Origin: a virus
Taxonomy: Duplodnaviria > Caudoviricetes
IMG/VR virus record: IMGVR_UViG_3300020045_005144
Coordinates: 1-26,937 of that record
Direction: 5' to 3' (one strand)
DNA length: 26,937 nucleotides
Positions 15,739 to 24,045 of the stretch are shown here, one piece after another. The stretch's first letter is position 1. The number at the start of each line of letters is the position of its first letter. The translations under genes were made by a program, and so were the position numbers. A model generated the notes under the pieces. That model did no database searches. It was not told the origin of the DNA and saw only the letters and a program-made list of their open reading frames with translations.

Positions 15739-17252
15739 TACCAAGTATTTTTTGCTTTATATTTTCCACTAATAAACTTACCATCTCCAGACCCATAACT
15801 AACGTATTTTTCACATTCGTCAGTAACGCCCTTTTTCGCATCTGGGTAATCGTCTTTTGTTTTATAACTTGGTTCGATACCAAACAATTGAGACATTGCG
15901 ACTTGATGGTCTTTTTTATGCTTCAACTTATCACTATACCACATTTTACGATTTTGATAATAAGGTTGAAGTTCCAACATTCTATCGTATTTGTTTTTTC
16001 GTGGATTATTTCGTTTGATTAGGTTTAAACGAATTTGATATAATTGTTCCGCATCTCTAATTGCGCTTTCAACCGCTTCATTCCAAAATTGAGCTTCAAA
16101 AACCCAATGTACAGTTACTGTTGGAGGTAATGCTTTTTGAAATTCGCACATATAATATAGCGCGTTGTTCATACGGCATTGTTGTACGAAACAATCAATT
16201 TCCCAAAAATCTCTACCATGTAATCCTTGTACAACAACTGCATTATAATCGGCTGTTTTGGTACCTGCATAAGCTACATCCCAATACCCGAAAATAATTT
16301 TAAAAGTATTCAGTTTAGGTAAAGGCGCATATTGGATATCGTCATTTTTAAAAATGGTCCCCTCAATATGTGGCTCATTATTATATTCAGCTCGTGCAGC
16401 CAAAACCCCAATTTCTTGCTCTATTTGCTTAAAGTAATCAGCTGGATATTTTGAGTGCCAAGTTGGTTTATATGTAACTGGGTCGTAAGCATTAACTCGA
16501 TGGATTAACCAATCTGGATGCAACTCTTGTAAAATGGTTTGTACCATTTTATGAGCAAACTTATTATTAGCCAAAATGAAACGACGAGTATCACCGTCCA
16601 TAGTTGGGATTAAATCGCGCTCAATCCATCGAGCCATTTTTAACTGACGAACTTCATTTGCGTTTAGGTCTTTTGTTTCAATATCATCACAAACGATATG
16701 AGTAGGACGTTTCCCACCAACACGCAAACCTCTGACACTTTGCCCCATTCCTAAAGCTTGACCGATAAATCCGCCTCTTGTAACAAAAAAGCCATCTTCC
16801 CAACTACCCGGATTATGTTGCTCTCCAAAATCATTAATAATTTGAGGATTGCTTTCAAATTCGGCACGAATATCTTCAAGTAATTGCTTTGCTCTGTCGG
16901 CCGTATTTCCAACAATTACCAAATAAGTAGGCTCACCATTTATCCAAAGCCAAAAAGGCAGAATAATATCATTTAATACTGATTTTGCTTGAGCACGTCC
17001 CCATTCGGCAAATGCCTTAATCGTTTTGTTTTTCTTTACTTTGTTAGAAAAATCAATATGAAAGTCTGGTACATCGGCACTTGCAAAGTGAGGGAAATAC
17101 CTGTTAACGCATTCCTTTAAACTTTTCTTTGCTAATTCAATTGCTTCACGCTTTTGTATGTCGGTTTCAAACGGATTAATGTTTGAATGACTTCTTGCGA
17201 GTTGAAGCTTCTTTTTATAGCGTTCAATTGCCGATTTATCCTCTTTTTTCAT
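15738..17252 (-). CDS. terL: Terminase large subunit
   Basis: Walker A variant 'WGRAQAKS', 'QSVRGLR', Walker B 'IVCDD', nuclease 'YWDVA...ADYNA' and 'DDYPDA'. Confidence 0.9.
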   Translation of the reverse strand: MKKEDKSAIERYKKKLQLARSHSNINPFETDIQKREAIELAKKSLKECVNRYFPHFASADVPDFHIDFSNKVKKNKTIKAFAEWGRAQAKSVLNDIILPFWLWINGEPTYLVIVGNTADRAKQLLEDIRAEFESNPQIINDFGEQHNPGSWEDGFFVTRGGFIGQALGMGQSVRGLRVGGKRPTHIVCDDIETKDLNANEVRQLKMARWIERDLIPTMDGDTRRFILANNKFAHKMVQTILQELHPDWLIHRVNAYDPVTYKPTWHSKYPADYFKQIEQEIGVLAARAEYNNEPHIEGTIFKNDDIQYAPLPKLNTFKIIFGYWDVAYAGTKTADYNAVVVQGLHGRDFWEIDCFVQQCRMNNALYYMCEFQKALPPTVTVHWVFEAQFWNEAVESAIRDAEQLYQIRLNLIKRNNPRKNKYDRMLELQPYYQNRKMWYSDKLKHKKDHQVAMSQLFGIEPSYKTKDDYPDAKKGVTDECEKYVSYGSGDGKFISGKYKAKNTW

Positions 17253-17254
17253 TC

Positions 17255-17539
17255 TTATTTAATTACTTTCACACCTGTGCGATGAATAACTTTGTTTTTT
17301 CCAAAGTCATAAGTAAACCCGGTTATGTAGGTTACTTTTATTGAACCATTTTGAAAAGGCTCTTTTTTGATTATTTGCCCAATTTCATAACCCACGCCCT
17401 TTTTTAAGAAATAGGTCCCAATGTTTAACTGCCATTGTCTTTTTGGCGCTCTATTAATAATCATGTTTATGATCATGTTCAAAAGAACATGACTTCTAAG
17501 CCAGATTGAAAATCTGATAAATATTAATGGTTTTCTCAT
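17255..17539 (-). CDS. Hypothetical basic protein between TerS and TerL
   Basis: 94-aa ORF overlapping the TerS stop. Confidence 0.6.
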   Translation of the reverse strand: MRKPLIFIRFSIWLRSHVLLNMIINMIINRAPKRQWQLNIGTYFLKKGVGYEIGQIIKKEPFQNGSIKVTYITGFTYDFGKNKVIHRTGVKVIK

Positions 17540-18030
17540 CCTAATTTTACTGATATAGTTTGTAAATGTGATTCTTGAAATTCAAGTGTATTGTGATATA
17601 AGTTTTTGTCGTATTGTTCTAATCCTTGGAAAATATCATTCATTACAGATAAGTAAGTTGATAAACTAAGTTTACCATCTTCTAACCTTTCAAGTGCTTT
17701 AGTTTGAATAGCAACCTCTTGACTTAACGCACTAGATTGTTTCCTTAATTCAGAAACTAAATTATTATCTCCTGTGGCTTTAGCTGCTTTTATTTCCTCA
17801 GCGATTTGGAGTTGTTGCTCTGTCATTTCACTAATTAGCTCTTTTATATTATTGGCTTGATTAAGTGAAGTATTTACATTGGCATCTCTTACGGCTTTCC
17901 ATTTACCAGCTTCAACCCAAGCACCAATTGTTTTTTCACTAACAGGAATTATTTCCGAAATAGCTTTAGCGGTTAAGCCTTGTTTAGTATAGTAATCGAA
18001 AGCAATGCGCTTTTCTTTGTCTTTTGCCAT
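17536..18030 (-). CDS. Putative terminase small subunit (HTH)
   Basis: 'GLTAKAISEIIPVSEKTIGAWVEAGKW' HTH; first gene of the packaging operon. Confidence 0.75.
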   Translation of the reverse strand: MAKDKEKRIAFDYYTKQGLTAKAISEIIPVSEKTIGAWVEAGKWKAVRDANVNTSLNQANNIKELISEMTEQQLQIAEEIKAAKATGDNNLVSELRKQSSALSQEVAIQTKALERLEDGKLSLSTYLSVMNDIFQGLEQYDKNLYHNTLEFQESHLQTISVKLG

Positions 18031-18219
18031 GTTACATAAAATCGAGATTAATTAGTAATTCTATGATGCAAAATTGGTAATCAATAGCCGAAATTTAAAA
18101 AGTTCGGTTTTCATTAGTATTTATACCTTATTTATTTAGTATCAAATAGTTACTAAATAAAAATGCAAATTTTCACACCCCCTTTTTTCTTTAAAAATTT
18201 GCAGAGAAATATTACAACA
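18031..18219. promoter_or_regulatory. Divergent late promoter region with inverted repeat
   Basis: Near-consensus -7 elements on both strands (18069-18076 minus, 18194-18201 plus); TTTATTTAGTA-N9-TACTAAATAAA at 18131-18161. Confidence 0.6.
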
Positions 18220-19374
18220 ATGAAGAAAATTTTTAGATCAGTATTAACCGCAGCATTCATAATTACAATGAGTGCATACAGCGCACAAAGTTTAACCGCT
18301 TTAGCTGAAAAGTACCCGCTTACTATTACTGCAGAAGCAAAAGAAAATTTTGCCGAAATCAGAATTAGTGGCGCTTTATATGAGTGGAATAATTCCACTG
18401 AAGTACTAACCGCTAAAATTGACAAACTTTTAGCAGATGGATATAAAGACGTAAAAGTATATATCAACTCTCCAGGAGGCGATGTTTTTGTAGGTGCTGA
18501 AATTGTTAATCAATTAAAACGCTTTCCGGGTAAAAAGCAAGGTTTTGGAGGTGCAATTGTTGCATCTGCTGCAACCGCAATTGCAATTGAAATGGACACA
18601 TTTGAAATTGCTGAAAACGGTCAATTTATGTATCATAAACCAAGTGGTTACATTTCTGGAAATGAGGACAAAATTGAAAGTTCACTTACACTTTTGAAAA
18701 ACTTGACTTCTCAGTATAAAACTAAATATTCCGAAAAAACGGGATTATCAGAGGAGGATATTGAATCGGCTTGGGCTAAAGGCGATGTTTGGTTAACTGC
18801 TAAACAAGCACTAGAACAAAAGTTTATTACTTCTGTAGCCGAAAGCGAGAAAATCACAAAAAATACAGCGGAAATGATTGCGGCCTTTGGCGCACCAATC
18901 ACCCCAAAAGAAGATTTTAAACCAGAACCAGATATGAAAAACAGAAATGCAATTATCGCATCGTTAAAGCTTTCGGCTGATGCGACAGACGAGCAAATTG
19001 AAGCGGCTATCAACAAAAGTGTTGAGAATGCTGGAAAAGTAGAGCAAATTACAGCTCAACAAAAAGAAACCCGAAAAACTGAAATCAATGAAATGCTTGA
19101 CAAAGCAATTACAGCGAAAAAGTTTACGGCTGATTTGAAGGGTACTTACGAAACATTGGCTAATGCCGATTTTGATGGTACAAAAAAAGCTATTGAAGCA
19201 ATGCAGCCAGTTGCAAAACCATCAGAACATTTTGAAGCGGGAGAAGGAAACAAAGGCCGTGAAAAATGGACAATGGAAGATTGGCAAGAAAAAGATGCTG
19301 AAGGATTAATCGAAATGATGACTAAAAATCCTGATGACTTCAAAAAATTAGAAACCGAATATTTCGGAAAATAG
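18220..19374 (+). CDS. ClpP-like prohead protease fused to scaffold domain
   Basis: 'YINSPGGDV', 'IVASAAT', 'MYHKP', 'WLTAKQALEQKFI'; helical C-terminus; ATG 18220 lies downstream of the promoter-like element. Confidence 0.88.
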   Translation: MKKIFRSVLTAAFIITMSAYSAQSLTALAEKYPLTITAEAKENFAEIRISGALYEWNNSTEVLTAKIDKLLADGYKDVKVYINSPGGDVFVGAEIVNQLKRFPGKKQGFGGAIVASAATAIAIEMDTFEIAENGQFMYHKPSGYISGNEDKIESSLTLLKNLTSQYKTKYSEKTGLSEEDIESAWAKGDVWLTAKQALEQKFITSVAESEKITKNTAEMIAAFGAPITPKEDFKPEPDMKNRNAIIASLKLSADATDEQIEAAINKSVENAGKVEQITAQQKETRKTEINEMLDKAITAKKFTADLKGTYETLANADFDGTKKAIEAMQPVAKPSEHFEAGEGNKGREKWTMEDWQEKDAEGLIEMMTKNPDDFKKLETEYFGK

Positions 19375-19375
19375 G

Positions 19376-19403
19376 TTTAAACTGAATTTAAATTCAGTTT
19401 AAA
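19376..19403. repeat. Perfect 28-bp palindrome
   Basis: TTTAAACTGAATTTAAATTCAGTTTAAA. Confidence 0.9.
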
Positions 19404-19440
19404 ACACAAAAACAAAAGTAAAATTAATTCAAAAAAACAC

Positions 19441-20430
19441 ATGAAAAAAGCAACAAAATTTTTAGTATTTGCGATGTTATTTGTAGTAGCTACAGTAATG
19501 TCAAAAGCCATGGGCATTGATGGCGATAGCGGAATGCAAACAGCAGGTTTATCTGTAGTGGCATTACCTCTTTTAAATCAACAAGCCGAAAAAGAAATGA
19601 TTAAAAAATTTCGTCATGATAACACTTGGTTATCGGAATTGAAATCAAAAAACAACTGGGTAAATAACGAAGTAATTAAAATCCCGAAACAAGGATTGGC
19701 ACCAGCCGTATTAATTAACAACTCCGTTTATCCAATTGCCTCAAATGGTAGAGATGATTCACATGTTGTAATCTCGTTGAATAAATACGATACAGAAAAC
19801 ACTATTGTAACTGCGGACGAATTATATGCGTTACCATACGAAAAAGTATCAGATGTTCAAACTCAACATAGAGAGGAATTAGAAGATGTAACGGCACGTC
19901 ATGCATTACACGCAATTTCGCCAGCTTCAAACACTGCAACTATGCCAGTTCTTTTAGCAACTGGAGCGGATGACGGAACTGGAAGATTAAAATTAATTTC
20001 AAAGGATGTTATTCGTTTGAAAAAAGCATTAGATAAGTTAAATGTTCCGAAAATGGGTCGTGTAATTGTTTTCTGTACGGAGCACGTTGCCGATTTATTA
20101 GAGGAGGATAGAAATTTCCATACCCAATACCAAAATGCAATTGATGGTGTATTAAGTAATTCTTATTACGGATTCAAAGTTTATGAGGCGAATTACACAC
20201 CTACATATTCTGCATTAAACGTAAAAGTTGCTTTTGATGCAGCAGCGGGTCCAAAAGTATCAAGTATCTGTTTCCATAAAAACTTTGCGGTTAAAGCATC
20301 GGGGTCTGTAGCTCGTTTCGCTAGACCTGCAGAATTAGATCCAGAGAATAGACAAAACACTGTCGGGTTCCAACAGTACTTCATTGGTGTAGCCATCAAA
20401 GACGAAGGGATTGGAGCAATCATAGGATAG
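19441..20430 (+). CDS. Major capsid protein with hydrophobic N-terminal extension
   Basis: 329 aa directly after protease/scaffold; 'LKKALDKLNVPKMGRV', 'YYGFKVYE' typical of HK97-fold capsids. Confidence 0.8.
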   Translation: MKKATKFLVFAMLFVVATVMSKAMGIDGDSGMQTAGLSVVALPLLNQQAEKEMIKKFRHDNTWLSELKSKNNWVNNEVIKIPKQGLAPAVLINNSVYPIASNGRDDSHVVISLNKYDTENTIVTADELYALPYEKVSDVQTQHREELEDVTARHALHAISPASNTATMPVLLATGADDGTGRLKLISKDVIRLKKALDKLNVPKMGRVIVFCTEHVADLLEEDRNFHTQYQNAIDGVLSNSYYGFKVYEANYTPTYSALNVKVAFDAAAGPKVSSICFHKNFAVKASGSVARFARPAELDPENRQNTVGFQQYFIGVAIKDEGIGAIIG

Positions 20431-20446
20431 ATAGTTAGTTTGATTT

Positions 20447-20487
20447 GTAAGGCGGTTGTGTGCACTGCGCTCCAACCGCTCCCTTAC
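20447..20487 (+). other. GC-rich RNA hairpin between capsid and endolysin genes
   Basis: GTAAG/CTTAC, GCGGTTG/CAACCGC, GTGC/GCGC stems; no U-tract. Confidence 0.7.
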
Positions 20488-20505
20488 GGGGGAAAATTTT
20501 AAAGT

Positions 20506-20940
20506 ATGAGAAACGTAGAGTACATAGTAATTCATTGCACAGGAGCACCACAAACGCAATCTATAGCAATTATAAAGGGTTTTTGGAAAAACACTTTAAA
20601 ATGGAATAATGTAGGTTATCATAAAATTATTGAGGCAGATGGAAAAGTCACAGAACTTGCTAAACCTGATTCAATAACTAATGGTGTAGCTGGCAAAAAT
20701 AGCAAGTCATATCATATTTGCTATTTAGGTGGTCAAAAAGGTATTGATAACAGAACTCAAGAGCAAAAGAAATCACTTTTAGATGAAATCAAAAAAGCTC
20801 GAAAAATGTTTCCTAAAGCTAAAATTGTTGGACATAGAGATTTGTCTAAAGATTTGAATTCTGATGGAATTATCCAACCGAATGAATGGACAAAAATGTG
20901 TCCTAGTTTCGATGCAATTAAAGAATATTCTAAAATTTAG
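20506..20940 (+). CDS. Endolysin, N-acetylmuramoyl-L-alanine amidase (T7 lysozyme-like)
   Basis: Zn-ligand motifs 'IVIHCT', 'VGYH', 'GHRD', 'KMCPSFD'. Confidence 0.93.
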   Translation: MRNVEYIVIHCTGAPQTQSIAIIKGFWKNTLKWNNVGYHKIIEADGKVTELAKPDSITNGVAGKNSKSYHICYLGGQKGIDNRTQEQKKSLLDEIKKARKMFPKAKIVGHRDLSKDLNSDGIIQPNEWTKMCPSFDAIKEYSKI

Positions 20941-20943
20941 AAA

Positions 20944-21435
20944 ATGAAAAAACCACTTATTTATTGGTACACCTTTTTACTTCTTTTAGTATTAATGACA
21001 TCTTGCAAATCACAAAAGCCGATTGTTATTGAAAAAAAAGTAACTGAAAAAGTTGTTGAAAAAGTTCGAGATACTGTTTTTAAACTAGTACCGGATAGCT
21101 CAAGTTACAAAGCTTTGTTGGAGTGCCAAAATGGTAAAGTAAAAATAAAAGATGTTTTGGAGCAAAAAAAAGGCTCTAAAAATCTAAAAAAACCAAAAGT
21201 TAGTATTGATGATAAAGGCGTATTAATCGTTGATTGTCAAACTGAAATAACCGAGTTAAGAGCAAAATTAAAAGACAAGGAAACCATTAAAACTATTGAA
21301 ATTGAAGTTCCGGTATTAGTACCTGCAGAAATTACAGGTTGGGTATGGTTTCAAATATGGATGGGACGAATATTCCTGTTTTTATTGATTGGTTTATTAA
21401 TTGGGTTTTTAGCTAAAAAATTTATAAAAGGATGA
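20944..21435 (+). CDS. Putative unimolecular spanin
   Basis: Lipobox 'LMTSC' plus C-terminal TM helix; adjacent to endolysin. Confidence 0.7.
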   Translation: MKKPLIYWYTFLLLLVLMTSCKSQKPIVIEKKVTEKVVEKVRDTVFKLVPDSSSYKALLECQNGKVKIKDVLEQKKGSKNLKKPKVSIDDKGVLIVDCQTEITELRAKLKDKETIKTIEIEVPVLVPAEITGWVWFQIWMGRIFLFLLIGLLIGFLAKKFIKG

Positions 21436-21806
21436 AAAAAACGTATAGCGAAAGCGAATTAAAAGGATTAGCCGAAAAAGTATTCGAGCAATATCCAACC
21501 CAAAATGAAGTGTTTGCCACTTCGGACGGAAATGTGTTTTTATTGAAAAATAGAGCTGAATTACATGCAGGTCCAAAAGGTAATGTTTATCCCATCCAAA
21601 GAGAGGCGAAAACAGAAGTTGTTGAATTAAAAGCAAACGATGCTATTGCAGCAATTGCTAAATGTGAAACTTTAGAAGGTTTAGAGGCTTTCAAATCGGA
21701 TGAGCGTAAAAGTGTTAAAGCTGCTTATGTGAAAAAATCAGAGGAGCTTACAAAGCTTATCGAAGATGCAAACACTGGAGGAGCTCCAGACGCAGATAAA
21801 CAATAA
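21432..21806 (+). CDS. Hypothetical late protein
   Basis: ATGA overlap; precedes sheath gene. Confidence 0.75.
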   Translation: MKKTYSESELKGLAEKVFEQYPTQNEVFATSDGNVFLLKNRAELHAGPKGNVYPIQREAKTEVVELKANDAIAAIAKCETLEGLEAFKSDERKSVKAAYVKKSEELTKLIEDANTGGAPDADKQ

Positions 21807-21821
21807 TCTAACAATTATAAA

Positions 21822-23006
21822 ATGGGAGAGTTAAAAGGAGTTAATGTACAAAAACTGCAAGGCGGTTTAGTTAGAACTAACGGAAACAAAGACAACCATG
21901 TTGCGATTATTTGTGTTGGTATTCCTGTTGGAGCAATATCTACTGCAGTTAATAATGCAGGCAAAGGAGTTATTTTAAAATCGCCGTATGATGCAGAGGT
22001 TTTAGATATTAATGAAAGTTTCGACGCAAATAATGGACTTAAACTTTATAATGATATCGTTGAATTTTGTAGGCTTGCCCCAGAGGCAACTCTTTATTTG
22101 TTTAATTCAGATGTAGAGGCTGATTTAAAAGCTTTTTTAAATCAGAATAAAGAAATTAAAGGTTATGGATTAAATGTCACTTGGGATGCATTAGTTCCAA
22201 ATTTAACATTAGAAGTGGCAAAGCACCAATCTATTGTTAATGACTTTGCGGCTGATAATCGTTTGATTGACTTTGCCATTATTGGTATGGATGAATTAGA
22301 TGTTTTTACAACTGATTTATTCACTTTAGCTTCTGGAAATGTTTCGGTTTGTGTTGGATGCGAGGATGATACTAAAGTTGTTGCAATTGGTTCTGCACTT
22401 GGAATGATTGCCATTCGTAAAGTAAACGAAAATATGGCATCAGTTGATATTCAACAAAAACCAAGAAGTAAAAGAGGTACTGCTGATTATACATTGACGG
22501 ATTCGTCTTTAGGTAGATGGCAAATAGCTTTTTTATCTGATGGTAGAGAAATTTCAACCGTTCCTAACTCTGAATTAAGAGACGGAATTATTGCAAAAGG
22601 CTACATTGTTGTTGCTGGTTACGAAGGTTATGCAGGAATGTTTTTTGAAAACTCATACACCTGTATTGAAAGAGCTTCTGATTTCGCTTTTATTGAAAAC
22701 AATAGAACTTGGAACAAAGCGGCTCGTTTGGTAAGAACTACGCTTTTACCAAAAGTAAAAGGAGTCGTAAAAAAGAATCCAAGCACAGGGTTTATTGCAT
22801 CAACAACTGTAAGTTATTGGAAACAATTATTAAACAAGGCTTTAGAAACAATGGTTGTGGCTGATGAAATCTCAGGTTATGAGGTTGATATTGACCCAGA
22901 GCAAATAGTTAACAGCACAAGTCCGGTTACTGTAAAAGTTTCAGTTGTTGCTGATGGTATAGTTCACGAGTTTGATGTGGCTATTGGTTTAACAAATTCA
23001 ATTTAA
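21822..23006 (+). CDS. Tail sheath protein (DUF2586-like)
   Basis: 'YAGMFF...SDFAFIENNRTWNKAARLVR...IDPEQ'; upstream of tube. Confidence 0.85.
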   Translation: MGELKGVNVQKLQGGLVRTNGNKDNHVAIICVGIPVGAISTAVNNAGKGVILKSPYDAEVLDINESFDANNGLKLYNDIVEFCRLAPEATLYLFNSDVEADLKAFLNQNKEIKGYGLNVTWDALVPNLTLEVAKHQSIVNDFAADNRLIDFAIIGMDELDVFTTDLFTLASGNVSVCVGCEDDTKVVAIGSALGMIAIRKVNENMASVDIQQKPRSKRGTADYTLTDSSLGRWQIAFLSDGREISTVPNSELRDGIIAKGYIVVAGYEGYAGMFFENSYTCIERASDFAFIENNRTWNKAARLVRTTLLPKVKGVVKKNPSTGFIASTTVSYWKQLLNKALETMVVADEISGYEVDIDPEQIVNSTSPVTVKVSVVADGIVHEFDVAIGLTNSI

Positions 23007-23009
23007 GAA

Positions 23010-23438
23010 ATGACAACTGTAATTAATAAATTCGGAACAATGCAGGGATGGACATCCATCACTGTAAATATGATGGGTAGAGATGTTGAAGGTATTACAA
23101 AAATATCTTATGACGATACTGAAACCAAAGAAAACGTAAAAGGTGCGGGTAAGTTTCCAATTGGTCGCTCTCGTGGTGATTATGAAGCTAAATCAACTAT
23201 TGGACTTTATAAGGAAGAGGTTGATGCAATCCAACAAAGTTTACCTACGGGTAAAAGATTGCAAGATATTGGAGCCTTTGACATTATCGTTCAATATGAT
23301 ATTGATGGTGTAATAAAAAAGGATATTATTCATAATTGTGAATTCACTAATCGTGCTGTTGACGTTTCACAAGGAGATGGAACAATTAGTACAGATCATG
23401 AGCTTTTAATTTCACACATAACTTGGGGAGCTGTATAA
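23010..23438 (+). CDS. Tail tube protein
   Basis: 142 aa; 'GITKISY...GAGKFPIGRSRGDYEA', 'NCEFT'. Confidence 0.85.
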   Translation: MTTVINKFGTMQGWTSITVNMMGRDVEGITKISYDDTETKENVKGAGKFPIGRSRGDYEAKSTIGLYKEEVDAIQQSLPTGKRLQDIGAFDIIVQYDIDGVIKKDIIHNCEFTNRAVDVSQGDGTISTDHELLISHITWGAV

Positions 23439-23806
23439 TGGAAACAAACGAAATAAAATACACAGAAATCAAGAATTGGGATGACTCTGTAAAACAAGCC
23501 CACGCTGCCAAATGTGGTGGCGAAAGAAACCTTGTCGAGGTTGATGTTATCACAGAGGATAATTATCGATTTTCTTACTTAGTTAAACGTCCAACAAAAA
23601 CAATTGTTCAAGCAATTACAGAAATTGAGGCAAAACACGAAAGTAAGAAAGAGCCTAAAGATAAAACTAGTATTCAAAATTTAATGTTGGGTTGTGTTTT
23701 AGAAGGCGACAAAGATGCTTACGAAAATGATGCGGCTATTTATACCGTATTAATGACACGTATTAGTCAATTAGTTAAGCAGGCTAAGATTGATCTAAAA
23801 AAGTAA
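23438..23806 (+). CDS. Tail assembly chaperone (gpG-like)
   Basis: TAATG-coupled to tube; ends in A AAA AAG TAA. Confidence 0.8.
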   Translation: METNEIKYTEIKNWDDSVKQAHAAKCGGERNLVEVDVITEDNYRFSYLVKRPTKTIVQAITEIEAKHESKKEPKDKTSIQNLMLGCVLEGDKDAYENDAAIYTVLMTRISQLVKQAKIDLKK

Positions 23807-24045
23807 TTGAGGGGTATTGGCTCAACCCCGATGACGATCAAGAAAAAGATATTCAAAAAATTAATGCAATCATACGGGTTGAGTTTGGTCTCAACCCAGA
23901 TGATTTAACTAATGATGAATGGGCACAACGTTTCCAGGAATGGGTATATGTTCAAAGAGTAAAAAATAACGCATCTGAAAAGATTATTGAAAAAGTAGTT
24001 CGTACGGCTTTGGCCGACACATTGAAAGCAATTAATGGGCAATAA
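23803..24045 (+). CDS. gpT-like -1 frameshift extension of the tail chaperone (no own ATG)
   Basis: Open frame VIEGYWLNPDD...EFGLNPDDLTNDEWAQ...AINGQ in the -1 frame after slippery heptamer 23797-23803; overlaps tape measure start. Confidence 0.8.
   Translation, partial: VIEGYWLNPDDDQEKDIQKINAIIRVEFGLNPDDLTNDEWAQRFQEWVYVQRVKNNASEKIIEKVVRTALADTLKAINGQ

Noticed and set aside
23807-23829. H-type pseudoknot stimulating the frameshift
   Set aside because: TTGAG/CTCAA and GGGT/ACCC would need zero-length loops 1 and 3; more likely alternative hairpins
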